Assembly (NCBI GenBank): GCA_964607375.1
Contig: CAZSJY010000001.1
Coordinates: 766-64,765, forward strand
Direction: 5' to 3'
DNA from: an uncultured bacterium
Lineage (GTDB): Bacteria > Fidelibacterota > Marinisomatia > SCGC-AAA003-L08 > JACNLC01
Length of the DNA stretch: 64,000 nucleotides
Below the pieces are notes generated by a model. The model was given only the letters and a program-made list of their open reading frames with translations. It was not told the DNA's origin and did not search any database. Each line of letters begins with the position of its first letter. Within the stretch, counting starts at the first letter, position 1. Shown here in pieces: positions 39,142 to 49,700 of the stretch. Position numbers and translations under genes: made by a program.

Positions 39142-39305
39142 ATGTTAGAACTAATTTCTAAAGCAATTGAGAGAAACAAATTAATCCTATCATTTAGTTT
39201 GGTATTGAGATTCATATTCATTTAAATTATATGCGACTAATATAGTATTAATTCTGTAGCTTCATAAAGCCAACTTCATCAAAATAAATTATACACGGAG
39301 AATAA

Positions 39306-40544
39306 ATGAGCGAAATTATTGACAACCAAAAACAACAACGAGTTAATATTATGAAGGATTTAGTAAGAAAACTTCATGATGGTGAGGATTCTGAAAAAGT
39401 AAAATCACAGTTAGAGGATCTGCTTGATAAGGCAGACTATTCTGATGTTTTTGCTATGGAAATCCAATTGATTGAAGAAGGAATACCACAAGAGAATATC
39501 CAAAAACTTTGCGATACACACACTGATGTTCTAAAATCACATTTAGATGCTCAGGAAATTCCCCAAACTATTCCTGGGCACCCTGTGCATACCTTTTTTC
39601 AAGAAAATATTGCTATAAATGAAAAAACGGGATTGGTTAAATTGCTCATAAAAGATATTGAAAATTCTTCTGAAAGAGATGCTCTTCCTAAAATGAGGGA
39701 AATCCAACAACACCTAAATGATTTAATGGATGTTGATAAACACTATCGTAGAAAGGAAAATCTACTCTTTCCTTATTTTGAAAAAAACAGAAAACCTGGA
39801 CCTCCCGCTGTTATGTGGGGTAAGGATGACGAAGTGCGGAATCTACTAAAAACGACAATCTCTGGATTACAACAAATTGATGAAATAACTAAATCAGAAG
39901 CAATGCCTTTTAATGAAATGGCTGTCTTACCAGCAGTAATTGCTTTAGAAGAAATGGTGTATAAAGAAAATAAAATAATGTTTCCGATTGCGCTTGATAT
40001 GTTATCAGAATCTGAATGGTATCAAATTTATGTACAATCTGAAGAAATTGGATTTTGTTTGTATGTTCCAGAATTTATCTGGACTCCATCAGAAGATGTT
40101 GATATTGAGGAGATAAAATTAAAGAACATCGACGGAATAGTTCAAATGCCAACTGGTTCATTTTCTGTTGAAGAATTAATCTCAATGTTTTGTGCCTTTC
40201 CTTTTGATATTACTTATGTAGATAAAAATGACGATGTGCGATTTTTCAGCAATAGTCCAGACAGAGTCTTCGATAGAAATAGAGCTATTTTGGGCAGAAA
40301 AGTTCAATATTGCCACCCACCTTCAAGTGTTCATATTGTTAATCAAATCTTAGATGACTTTAAATCAGGAAAACAAAAGCGAGCAAGATTTTGGATTCAA
40401 ATGGGACAAAAATTGATTTATATTGTTTACTATGCCATAAGAGACGCTGAAGGCAATTATAGCGGGACACTTGAAGTAACCCAGGATGTTACAGAAATCA
40501 AGGAATTAAAGGGTGAACAACGATTGTTGAGTTATGATACATAA
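39306..40544 (+). CDS. DUF438-family protein (DUF438 N-terminus, hemerythrin-like domain, PAS-like C-terminus)
   Basis: N-terminal RVNIMKDLVRKLHDGEDSEKVKSQLEDLL. Hemerythrin motif DKHYRRKENLLFPYFEK and YKENKIMFPIAL. C-terminal ...VRFFS...ILGRKVQYCHPP. Confidence 0.7.
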   Translation: MSEIIDNQKQQRVNIMKDLVRKLHDGEDSEKVKSQLEDLLDKADYSDVFAMEIQLIEEGIPQENIQKLCDTHTDVLKSHLDAQEIPQTIPGHPVHTFFQENIAINEKTGLVKLLIKDIENSSERDALPKMREIQQHLNDLMDVDKHYRRKENLLFPYFEKNRKPGPPAVMWGKDDEVRNLLKTTISGLQQIDEITKSEAMPFNEMAVLPAVIALEEMVYKENKIMFPIALDMLSESEWYQIYVQSEEIGFCLYVPEFIWTPSEDVDIEEIKLKNIDGIVQMPTGSFSVEELISMFCAFPFDITYVDKNDDVRFFSNSPDRVFDRNRAILGRKVQYCHPPSSVHIVNQILDDFKSGKQKRARFWIQMGQKLIYIVYYAIRDAEGNYSGTLEVTQDVTEIKELKGEQRLLSYDT

Positions 40545-40561
40545 ATGGAAACGGGGTAATA

Positions 40562-41068
40562 ATGGAAATACTAAAATCAACAAAACTTTTTGATCTATTA
40601 AAAGAATATCCTCAACTTGAAGATAGGATTATGAACATAGCTCCTCCATTCAAAAATCTTAGAAATCCGATTCTTAGAAGGACAGTGGCTAAATTGGCAA
40701 CCATAGAAAAGATTGCTCAAATTGGAAAATTAGATGTCTTTGAGTTTGTTAATATGCTTAGGGAAATAGTAGGGACGCAAAGACTACAGCACACAGGCGA
40801 TTCAAAAAGTTATGTGCCTTCAAAAAACGAACCTAAGTGGATTTCTGGTAATCCTGTGAAAATTGTGGATGGTGTAGAAATGTTGTCAAGAGGGGAACAT
40901 CCTCTCAACACTATTATTGGATTGATGAAGAGAATTGAAAAGAACCAGTTTGTTTTGCTTACAACTAATTTTACTCCACTTCCTTTAATAGAAACCATCA
41001 AAGAACTTGGTTATAAAACTCACCACTCAATATCAGGCGAAACACATTTTTCTTTTTTTGGTAAATAA
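40562..41068 (+). CDS. DUF1858-domain protein with a small C-terminal alpha/beta domain (DUF2249-like, tentative)
   Basis: LLKEYPQLEDRIMNIAPPFKNLRNPILRRTVAKLATIEKIA matches the DUF1858 pattern. DUF438 and DUF1858 commonly occur as a gene pair. Confidence 0.6.
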   Translation: MEILKSTKLFDLLKEYPQLEDRIMNIAPPFKNLRNPILRRTVAKLATIEKIAQIGKLDVFEFVNMLREIVGTQRLQHTGDSKSYVPSKNEPKWISGNPVKIVDGVEMLSRGEHPLNTIIGLMKRIEKNQFVLLTTNFTPLPLIETIKELGYKTHHSISGETHFSFFGK

Positions 41069-41177
41069 AATTTCGTTCTTTTTTAAATTTAGTTTTTTCT
41101 AAATAAAAATGTCTTTTAGTGTTTACTTAATTGTTTTTAATATACAAGGCTAAATTAGAATCAAAAACAGGTAGGTT

Positions 41178-41312
41178 ATGAAGTTAAAAATTAAGAACAG
41201 TAATCGTAAAAGAAAAAACAAACACGGGTTTTTGAAGCGAATGGGTTCAAAAGCAGGTCGAGCTATCTTAGCAAGAAGGCGATCTAAAGGTCGAAAGGTT
41301 CTGTCTGCGTAG
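41178..41312 (+). CDS. rpmH: 50S ribosomal protein L34
   Basis: 44-aa ORF missing from the track (too short): [44 protein letters not shown]. Sits directly upstream of rnpA. Confidence 0.9.
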   Translation: MKLKIKNSNRKRKNKHGFLKRMGSKAGRAILARRRSKGRKVLSA

Positions 41313-41627
41313 TTGAAGCGGTCGCTTTCCTCTTTTGAGTTTTCTGAAGTTTACCACAAAACAAAATCCCTGGTTGTCGGGGATTTGTTATTTAAATATA
41401 AATTAGATGATAATCCCAAAATTGGATTTATTGTTTCGCGGAAATATGGCAACGCTTATCACAGAGCGCTCTTTAAAAGAAGATGTCGTTCATTGTTTAA
41501 AAAATATAGATTGTTAGGTTTTGGATGCACAATCATTCTAAAACCAAACAAAACTAGGTTTTCATATCGAGAGCTTGAAGTTTGCTTTAATGAATTATAT
41601 AAAAATTATCAAAAAATTAGTTGTTAG
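41313..41627 (+). CDS. rnpA: Ribonuclease P protein component
   Basis: TTG start abutting the rpmH stop. FIVSRKYGNAYHRALFKRRCR basic motif. Conserved rpmH-rnpA-yidD-yidC order. Confidence 0.8.
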   Translation: MKRSLSSFEFSEVYHKTKSLVVGDLLFKYKLDDNPKIGFIVSRKYGNAYHRALFKRRCRSLFKKYRLLGFGCTIILKPNKTRFSYRELEVCFNELYKNYQKISC

Positions 41628-41832
41628 CTTAATCATTGTTTTGGTTAAGGTATATCAACATACTATTAGCGTTGTGCTTCAACCCTCTTGTCGGTTTTCT
41701 CCTTCCTGTTCTGACTATATGATAGATTCTGTAAAGTTAAAAGGTCCCTATCGAGGTGTTGTTGGTGGAGTTAAAAGAATCCTCCGTTGTCATCCTTTTT
41801 CTAAATCTAATGGTTGGGATCCAGTAAAATAA
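41590..41832 (+). CDS. yidD: Membrane protein insertion efficiency factor YidD
   Basis: CRFSPSCSDYMIDSV...RILRCHPFSKSNGWDPV. Confidence 0.9.
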   Translation: MNYIKIIKKLVVSLIIVLVKVYQHTISVVLQPSCRFSPSCSDYMIDSVKLKGPYRGVVGGVKRILRCHPFSKSNGWDPVK

Positions 41833-41833
41833 T

Positions 41834-43549
41834 ATGAATACCGTTCAAAGAAATCTACTCGCTATTGTTTTGTCAGCAATTGTTATGGTTGTTTATTTTA
41901 TGTGGTTTGCTCCTCCCGTTTCCCAACCACAGCCTGCTGCCGAGGAAAATTCCACTACTTTTGAACGGAGCGAAGAAACTCCGAATATTACAGAAATTAA
42001 ACAAGAAAGTCTTGTTGAACCAATTGCTGCCTCCATAAATGTTGAAGAGAAACTTGTTACAATTTATACGGACTTGTTTGTTGCTGAAATTTCAAATGTA
42101 TCTGGAGGTTCATTCACTAAATTTACCCTTAACAATTATTCTGGTTCGTATAATTCATTTGGTGATTATGTCGATACACTAAATGTATCTTTGTTAAATA
42201 TGATAGATAACGATTGCAGGCCTTGTTTAGCAATGTTTGATAAGGACACGAAAGAATATTACAACTTTTCTGATGCTTTCAATGTTTCTTATGATGATGG
42301 GTCTAAAATTTATTTATCAGGTGATGAAAACACTACACTTGTTTTTTCTTATGCAGATGAATCTGGTATGTCAATAGAAAAAAGACTTACTATTTATGGT
42401 AACTCGTATTCTACAGATCATTCATACTTGCTTGACGGTTTTGAAAATTCTTACCGTAAAACTTTTGAATTACTTTGGGGTGGTGGTCTTTCTCCAACAG
42501 AGTCTATTGAAAAAGAGGATGTCCAAAACGGGGCTGCAACCATAAGTCAAGCTAAAGAAATTGAGAAAATATCTCTAACAAAAAATTCGAGCATGAAAAG
42601 AGAGGTTTATCAGGGTAACACCGAGTGGGTTGCAGTTAAAAACAAATATTTTATTGGCGCAATATTACCTGAATCTACTGGTGATTACGCTACTATGTCA
42701 GCTGACAATATTCTCTTCGGGGAGCGTGAAATTACCCCCGTTTATAAAACCTCAGTTGGATATGGTGTTTCCGTTAACGCAATTTCATCCCAAATTTATC
42801 TAGGACCACAACAAGTTGAGAGTTTGCGTGCCACAGGCACAACCATCGAAAACTCTATGAACTGGGGTTTTTCTTTCATTAGACCAATAAGTAAATTAGT
42901 GTTAAAGTTGTTGACTTTTCTTCATAATCCTTTTAGTTCTGTTGTAGTTAACTATGGTGTTGTTTTAATTGTCTTTGCTTTTCTAATTCGTATTATAACT
43001 GGCCCTCTGATGAAAAAGAGTGCAAAATCGACACAGAAAATGCAGTTGATTCAACCACAAGTTAAAGCTGTACAAAAAAAACTTAAAAACAATCCTCAAA
43101 AGATGAACCAAGAAGTAATGGCTCTTTATAAAAAACATGGCGTAAACCCTCTTGGTGGTTGTTTGCCAATGTTGATTCAGATGCCATTGTTATTTGCTTT
43201 GTTTGTGGTGTTTAGAAATACTATAGAGTTTAGGGGTGAACCTTTCTTTTTGTGGATAACAGATTTATCAAGCCCCGATGCTGTTTTTTCTCTTCCTTTC
43301 AGTATTCCTATTTATGGGGGACATGTTGCTGTCCTTCCGATCATAATGGGTGTAACTATGTTCCTCCAGCAGAAAATTTCTTCTGCTTCTATGGATAAGT
43401 CTCAAAAACCAATGATGTATATGATGACAGGTTTTTTCTTCTTGATATTTAATTCTTTCCCCTCCGGCTTGAATTTATATTACGCAGTATCAAATATTCT
43501 TAATATTTTACAACAGAAATCTGTTAAGGCTCAACTAGCCAAAGAATAG
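41834..43549 (+). CDS. yidC: Membrane protein insertase YidC
   Basis: MQLIQPQVKAVQKKLKNNPQKMNQEVMALYKKHGVNPLGGCLPMLIQMPLLFALF. Confidence 0.95.
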   Translation: MNTVQRNLLAIVLSAIVMVVYFMWFAPPVSQPQPAAEENSTTFERSEETPNITEIKQESLVEPIAASINVEEKLVTIYTDLFVAEISNVSGGSFTKFTLNNYSGSYNSFGDYVDTLNVSLLNMIDNDCRPCLAMFDKDTKEYYNFSDAFNVSYDDGSKIYLSGDENTTLVFSYADESGMSIEKRLTIYGNSYSTDHSYLLDGFENSYRKTFELLWGGGLSPTESIEKEDVQNGAATISQAKEIEKISLTKNSSMKREVYQGNTEWVAVKNKYFIGAILPESTGDYATMSADNILFGEREITPVYKTSVGYGVSVNAISSQIYLGPQQVESLRATGTTIENSMNWGFSFIRPISKLVLKLLTFLHNPFSSVVVNYGVVLIVFAFLIRIITGPLMKKSAKSTQKMQLIQPQVKAVQKKLKNNPQKMNQEVMALYKKHGVNPLGGCLPMLIQMPLLFALFVVFRNTIEFRGEPFFLWITDLSSPDAVFSLPFSIPIYGGHVAVLPIIMGVTMFLQQKISSASMDKSQKPMMYMMTGFFFLIFNSFPSGLNLYYAVSNILNILQQKSVKAQLAKE

Positions 43550-43557
43550 TACCGTAT

Positions 43558-44907
43558 ATGGATGCGTATCGTCGTGATGATACTATTGTTGCACTAGCTA
43601 CCCCTCACGGTGTTGGTGCACTTGCAGTTATTAGGGTATCAGGCAGGGATCTAATTTCTTTCCTTTCTAAGCTGACGGGTGGAATTGAAATTGTACCAAG
43701 ATATGTAACTTATACACCTATTTATTCACATCACTCCGGTGAATTATTAGATAATTGTGTGATTACTTATTTTAAATCTCCTCACAGCTATACTGGAGAA
43801 GATGTTGTTGAAATATCTTGCCATGGTGGCGACTATATACCAAAATCTATCTTGAGTGATTTATATCAATCTGGTATTCGTACAGCTAGTCCTGGTGAGT
43901 TTTCTTTTAGAGCATTTATGAACGGAAAAATGGATTTGGTTCAAGCAGAATCTGTTTCTTCCATTATTTCAGCGAAAACAGAAATGTGTGCTTCTGTAAA
44001 TCTAACAAATTTAAGTGGCTTGCTATCTAGAAATATCGCAAACTTAAAATTACGGGTTTTAGAGCTTCTCTCTTTGATTGAGCATGAAATGGATTTTTCT
44101 GAAGACGAGATAGCTGTTTCTTCTAAAAAAGATATTTTGAAAAAGTTAAGGGTAATATCCAAGACCTTGAAATCCTCGCTAAAAACTGCCGGTTTTGGTA
44201 AAGTAATTTCTAGTGGTGTTCGTGTGGTTTTGATGGGACGACCAAATAGTGGTAAATCTAATCTATTCAATAATATTTTGGGTCATGAGCGAGCCATTGT
44301 TTCCCCCTTTCCAGGGACAACTCGTGATACAATTGAAGCTTGGTTTGATTTAGACGGTTTTCCTATATGCCTTGTTGATACAGCTGGCGTGTGGGAAACA
44401 GAGGATTATTTAGAATCCCTCGGTATAGAGAAAACTATTTCAGAACTTAATAATGCTGATATTGTCCTTTTTGTAGACGACAAAGATCCTCTAAAAGTTT
44501 TTAAAGAACTTCATGTTGATATTGACTCTAAAAAAGTTCTATTTGTCAAAACAAAAGAAGATTTAACCCCAACAAGAACTACAACAAATATTGTGTCTTA
44601 TACTTCTTCAAAAAAAGATGTTGGTTTTAACAAGCTATTAACAACATTGTCCACAACTATTTCTGGACAATATGCTAATTATGATAGAAGCAATCCTGTT
44701 TTGGCAACAAGTCGGCAACGACTTGTTATGATAAAGGCTGACAACATTTTAGACAGCACAACTAATTTGGTTAAAGACGGTGTCTCTATGGATGTTGTTG
44801 CTTCTTCGCTTCGTGATTTTGTAGACCAATTGAAAGAGTTTGTGGGAGAAATAAGTCCAGATGATATTATAGATAAAATATTTTCTTCTTTTTGCGTTGG
44901 AAAATGA
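43558..44907 (+). CDS. mnmE: tRNA modification GTPase MnmE
   Basis: DTIVALATP, G1 GRPNSGKSNLFN, DTAG, C-terminal FCVGK. Confidence 0.95.
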   Translation: MDAYRRDDTIVALATPHGVGALAVIRVSGRDLISFLSKLTGGIEIVPRYVTYTPIYSHHSGELLDNCVITYFKSPHSYTGEDVVEISCHGGDYIPKSILSDLYQSGIRTASPGEFSFRAFMNGKMDLVQAESVSSIISAKTEMCASVNLTNLSGLLSRNIANLKLRVLELLSLIEHEMDFSEDEIAVSSKKDILKKLRVISKTLKSSLKTAGFGKVISSGVRVVLMGRPNSGKSNLFNNILGHERAIVSPFPGTTRDTIEAWFDLDGFPICLVDTAGVWETEDYLESLGIEKTISELNNADIVLFVDDKDPLKVFKELHVDIDSKKVLFVKTKEDLTPTRTTTNIVSYTSSKKDVGFNKLLTTLSTTISGQYANYDRSNPVLATSRQRLVMIKADNILDSTTNLVKDGVSMDVVASSLRDFVDQLKEFVGEISPDDIIDKIFSSFCVGK

Positions 44908-46709
44908 ATAAAAACATAGTGGTAGTTGGGGCTGGTCACGCCGGCGTTGAAGCTTCTCTTGCTATTGCAAGGATGGGAGGAAGTGTTGTTTTAATTACAC
45001 AAAACGAAAAATCCATTGCAAGAGCATCTTGCAACCCTGCAATTGGAGGTTTGGGCAAGGGACATCTGGTAAAAGAAATTGATGCTCTCGGCGGGGAAAT
45101 GGGTTTTGCTTCCGATTTTGCGGGTATCCAATTTAAAATGTTGAATAAATCTAAAGGTCGGGCTGTTTGGAGTCCTCGAGCTCAAATTGATAAGTTGGCC
45201 TACTCTAGTTTTCTCAAGAATATTATAAAAAAACAACCTAATCTCTCTGTCTTAACTGGTGAGGTAATTAGCTGTAAAGCAAATAACAGTAAGGTTGAGT
45301 CTGTTACTCTTCTGGGTGGCGACAAAATCTCCTGTTGTGCGTTAGTTATTGCAACCGGTACTTTTTTGGGAGGCTTGATTCATGTCGGGGAACACACTTT
45401 CAGGGCAGGAAGGTTTGGCGAAAAACCCTCTGAGGGACTAAGATATTCATTAAATGAGCTTGGGTTCGAGCTTGGTCGTCTAAAAACAGGTACTCCTCCG
45501 AGAATATTAAGCTCAACAATTAATTACAACTTTTGCAAAGAGTCCGAAGGAGACAAAAAACCTCAGCCTTTTTCTTTTAGAACACCAAGTAGTTTCAACC
45601 CTCCACAAGAAATGTGTTATCTCGTCGATACAAACAAAGATGTCCACAGTATTATCAACGATTCTATACATAAATCCGCTTTGTTTTCCGGCAAAATCTC
45701 AGGAATAGGTCCTCGTTATTGTCCAAGCATCGAAGACAAGCTTGTTCGTTTTTCTGACAAGAACAGCCACCAGCTCTTTTTGGAGCCTGAATGGCTTGGG
45801 TCAGAACAAGTTTATGTGAACGGTTTTTCAACCAGTCTACCAGAAAGCGTTCAAATAGACGCGCTAAGGGCAATTCCTGCATTAAAGAATGTTGAGTTTA
45901 TCCGACCAGGTTATGCTATTGAGTACGACTATATTTTCCCTTCTCAGCTTAAAGCGACTCTAGAGACAAAAACAATTAATAATCTATTTTTCGCTGGACA
46001 AATTAACGGCACATCAGGGTACGAAGAGGCTGCCGCTCAAGGACTAATTGCCGGTATTAATGCTTATTGCTCAACTGTTGATAAAGAACCCTTAATTCTC
46101 AAAAGAGACCAGGCTTATATTGGTGTACTAATAGATGATTTAATTACTAAAACAATTGATGAGCCGTATAGAATGTTTACTTCTCGAGCAGAATTTCGAC
46201 TTTCCTTGCGTCCTGACACAGCCACAAGGAGGTTGACTCACCTTGGACATGTTTATGGCTTGATATCCGACAATCAATTTTCATATGTTACAAATATTTT
46301 TGAAGATATTGAAAAGATAAAGAATATTTTATCACGCAACAATATTGTTGATGGGGGTCGAAAGGTTCGCCTTACACAGTTTTTAAAGCAACCCAAGATC
46401 AGTGTTTATGACCTCTTTGCTTCTGATCCGTCCCTCGCTAGTTTCTCTTGCGACAGTTTGTTCACGGCTGAAACCGACATAAAGTACCATGGGTACGTTG
46501 AACAAGAAACTAAGCGAGCAGAGAAATTAAAGGCTGTTGAAAACACCCTGATCCCAAAAGAGTTTGATTATTCTATTGTCAATAATCTTTCAAACGAATC
46601 GCGCGAAAAATTAATCAAGGTTAGACCTGAAACCCTCGGTCAAGCATCAAGGATTGCCGGCATTACCCAAACAGATATTGCTGTTTTATCTATCATGTTA
46701 AAGAGTTAG
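44904..46709 (+). CDS. mnmG: tRNA uridine 5-carboxymethylaminomethyl modification enzyme MnmG
   Basis: FAD motif VVVGAGHAGVEA, GPRYCPSIEDK, ...GQINGTSGYEEAAAQG. ATGA overlap with mnmE. Confidence 0.95.
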   Translation: MNKNIVVVGAGHAGVEASLAIARMGGSVVLITQNEKSIARASCNPAIGGLGKGHLVKEIDALGGEMGFASDFAGIQFKMLNKSKGRAVWSPRAQIDKLAYSSFLKNIIKKQPNLSVLTGEVISCKANNSKVESVTLLGGDKISCCALVIATGTFLGGLIHVGEHTFRAGRFGEKPSEGLRYSLNELGFELGRLKTGTPPRILSSTINYNFCKESEGDKKPQPFSFRTPSSFNPPQEMCYLVDTNKDVHSIINDSIHKSALFSGKISGIGPRYCPSIEDKLVRFSDKNSHQLFLEPEWLGSEQVYVNGFSTSLPESVQIDALRAIPALKNVEFIRPGYAIEYDYIFPSQLKATLETKTINNLFFAGQINGTSGYEEAAAQGLIAGINAYCSTVDKEPLILKRDQAYIGVLIDDLITKTIDEPYRMFTSRAEFRLSLRPDTATRRLTHLGHVYGLISDNQFSYVTNIFEDIEKIKNILSRNNIVDGGRKVRLTQFLKQPKISVYDLFASDPSLASFSCDSLFTAETDIKYHGYVEQETKRAEKLKAVENTLIPKEFDYSIVNNLSNESREKLIKVRPETLGQASRIAGITQTDIAVLSIMLKS

Positions 46710-49700
46710 TTGTTTCACGTGAAACAATCATTTCTCAAGGAAAACAAACATCTCGTTTCGTTGTTACAAAAAGCTTCTTTAGGAGACCTGTCTCTTCGTT
46801 TAGACAATTTCCATGCTGGGTTTCTTCTTTCTGTTTTGGATCTTGTTTCTAGCCCTGTGGTTGTTTTTGCTGAAACAGATTTGTTGTTCTATGTTCGAGA
46901 TCGTCTTTGTTTGTCTTGGAAAAGAAACGGTGGATTGTTTTTACCTCCCACCTTACATAGAGATGGCGGTTCTCTTAGTGGATTCTTTTCTCAAGATGAA
47001 AAAACAATGGCTTCTTCGTTGGCTCTAATTCGTTCTTTTCCAAAAGATCTGCGAATTTTGTTGACAACTTCATCGGTTTATGATTTACCATTAATTGCCC
47101 CGCCTTCGTCTGAACCTTTTTTGGTAAAAAAACATACTTCCTTTGATGAGTTTATTTCCTGGATTAGAAAGGCGGGGTACGAAAGGGTTGGTGTAGTAAC
47201 TCTAGAAAATACTTTTGCGACACGGGGTGGGATTGTTGATGTTTTTCCCTGCGGTGCCAGCCTTCCTGTTAGATTAAATTTCTTAGATGATGAAATCAGT
47301 ATGCACTTTTTCGACATTGATTCTCAAATCACAGCTTCTCCTGTTCATGAATTTTCAATTCCTTCTTTAAGGCAGGCCAGCGCTCTTTTTTCTGTTAGTA
47401 AATTTCTTTCAAATAATTTATTGAAAGTAACTGTCTTGAATAAAAGAAGCGTTCTAATTGGAGATACCAATAAAGCCAGGTTCTCATATAGCTTTCCTTA
47501 CAAAAAGGTTTCTCATAATAATTTTTTTAATATTAAAAAAAATGACCCTAAAGTTTCTTATTATAAATCGTCTTCTTTGTGTTCTGTTGGAATTTCTGAC
47601 GGTCATAGCTATATTATTCCTGGGTGGTTTGTTGATACTCCGTTTGTGAAAAAACCTCAACTTAATCAAAATTTTTCTTTTCTAAAGCTAGACACTATCG
47701 AATGGGGTGATTTTGTTGTTCACCAACACCACGGAATTGGGAGGTGTGTTGGGGTATACGAAACAGAAATTAGTGGAACAAGGCAAGAGTTTCTTGAAAT
47801 TGAATTTGATGATTTTGCTAAAATATCGGTTTCTGTTGATAGATTAGATTTGTTGTCTTTTTATGCTTCATCTGACGAGATGGGTGTTGGTTTAGATTCT
47901 CTCGCGCGCCCTGGTCTTTGGAAAAAAAGACGGCTTCAGGCAAAAAAGTCAGCTGAAGATTTTGTAGAGGATGTGTTAAATTCCTATGCCTCTCGATCCG
48001 TTGCCACCAAAACACCCTTCTCTGGAGACAAGGAGCTTGAAGGTTTGTTTATCAAGGACTTCCCTTTTATTGAAACCTCAGACCAAAAAAGAACCTGGAA
48101 AGAAATATCAGACGACCTTGCTTGCGCTACACCGATGAATAGGTTGTTGTGTGGGGATGTTGGATTTGGTAAAACCGAACTGGCTCTTCGCTCAGCCTTT
48201 CGTGTTGTGTGCTCTGGCAAACAGGTTCTTGTTCTTGCACCGACAACCGTTTTAGCAAGTCAGCTGTACGCTTCTTTTAGGTCTCGTTTTGATGCTTTTT
48301 CGGTTAGTGTTGGTTTGGTTTCCCGCTTTAAAGCATCGTCTGTGCGCAGGAAAATAATGTCAGACTTTTCCAATAATAACATTGACGTGCTTATAGGAAC
48401 GCACTCTCTTTTGTATGGAGATATCTCTTTTAATAACACTGGTTTGCTTGTAATTGATGAAGAGCATCGTTTTGGTGTAAAACAAAAGGATAAAATTCCT
48501 ACATTATTACCTGCTGTTGATATATTGTCTATGTCCGCTACTCCGATACCTCGCACTATGCACCTAGCAATTTCGGGAATTAGAAACATTTCTACGCTTT
48601 CTTCTCCTCCTTTGGCCAGAAAACCAATTTCTACAACTGTTGCTTATTATGACAAGCTTCTCATACAGAAAGCTATCAAATATGAAACTGTCCGTGGTGG
48701 TCAAGTTTTTTTTGTACACAACAATGTGGCTTCTATCGATTTTGAAACACAGAGGCTCTGTAAATTGTTTCCAAATCTTGCTATAACTTCTGCGCACGGT
48801 CAGGAGTCTTCTGCTAAACTAGAAAAAACAATGGGGCAGTTTTTTGGTGGTGAGGTTGACGTTCTTGTGTGTTCTTCAATAATTGAAAGCGGACTAGATG
48901 TTCCAAACGCAAACACAATCATTATAAACAGGGCTCATTTGCTTGGTTTGTCTCAGCTTTATCAGATTCGCGGCAGGGTTGGGCGAAGCAGCAGGCAAGC
49001 TTATGCTTATTTGCTTGTTCCTCCTTCTTTAAGGTTAAACAATAAGGCTTTCAAAAGGTTAAAAGCTATTGAACAAAACACCTCTCTTGGTTCTGGTTAT
49101 GACGTTTCAATGATGGATCTTGAAATTCGTGGTGCCGGATCTCTTTTTGGCTATAAACAGAGTGGTGGAGTTGCAAGGGTAGGCGCTGAGTTGTATTCTC
49201 GTTTTGTTAAAGAGGCTTTGAACAGAAGTTCCATGCATTACAACGGGACTGTAAGTTTGACTGTTGACGACATCAATGTTTCTCTCTTCTTGGACAATAC
49301 TATTCCTGTTGAATATATACGAATTGACAATTTAAGGTTGTCGTTTTATAGAAAATTGGCTGTTGCGGAAAACCAGGCTGACTTAAACTTGATTGAGTTT
49401 GAGCTTGAAAATCGTTTTGGAAAGATCCCTGATTCAGTAAAAAATCTTCTGTTTTCTTCTCGTGTGAAAGTTGTGTTTTTGGAAACAGGGGTTTCTGGAG
49501 CCTTCTTAAAAAATTCTGACCTACATATCGTTTTTGAGAAAGATAAGATTCGTTTTGATTTTGAGTTCTGTGTAACTAAAATGAATTTGCTTTTTGAGGA
49601 GCTTGGACAAAAGCATTGGTTTAAAAGAATCGGGAACCAGCAAATTAACTTAGTAGTTGCAGATATACTTAGAAAAGATATTTCTACAATAATGTCTTAC

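Noticed and set aside
39142-39225. 27-aa ORF (MLELISKAIERNKLILSFSLVLRFIFI) starting immediately after the stop of the membrane-protein gene.
   Set aside because: It is too short, has no homology signal, and lies in AT-rich DNA where such ORFs arise by chance. The overlapping TTAGAA-ctaat-TTCTAA inverted repeat is equally well explained as a weak transcript-end structure.
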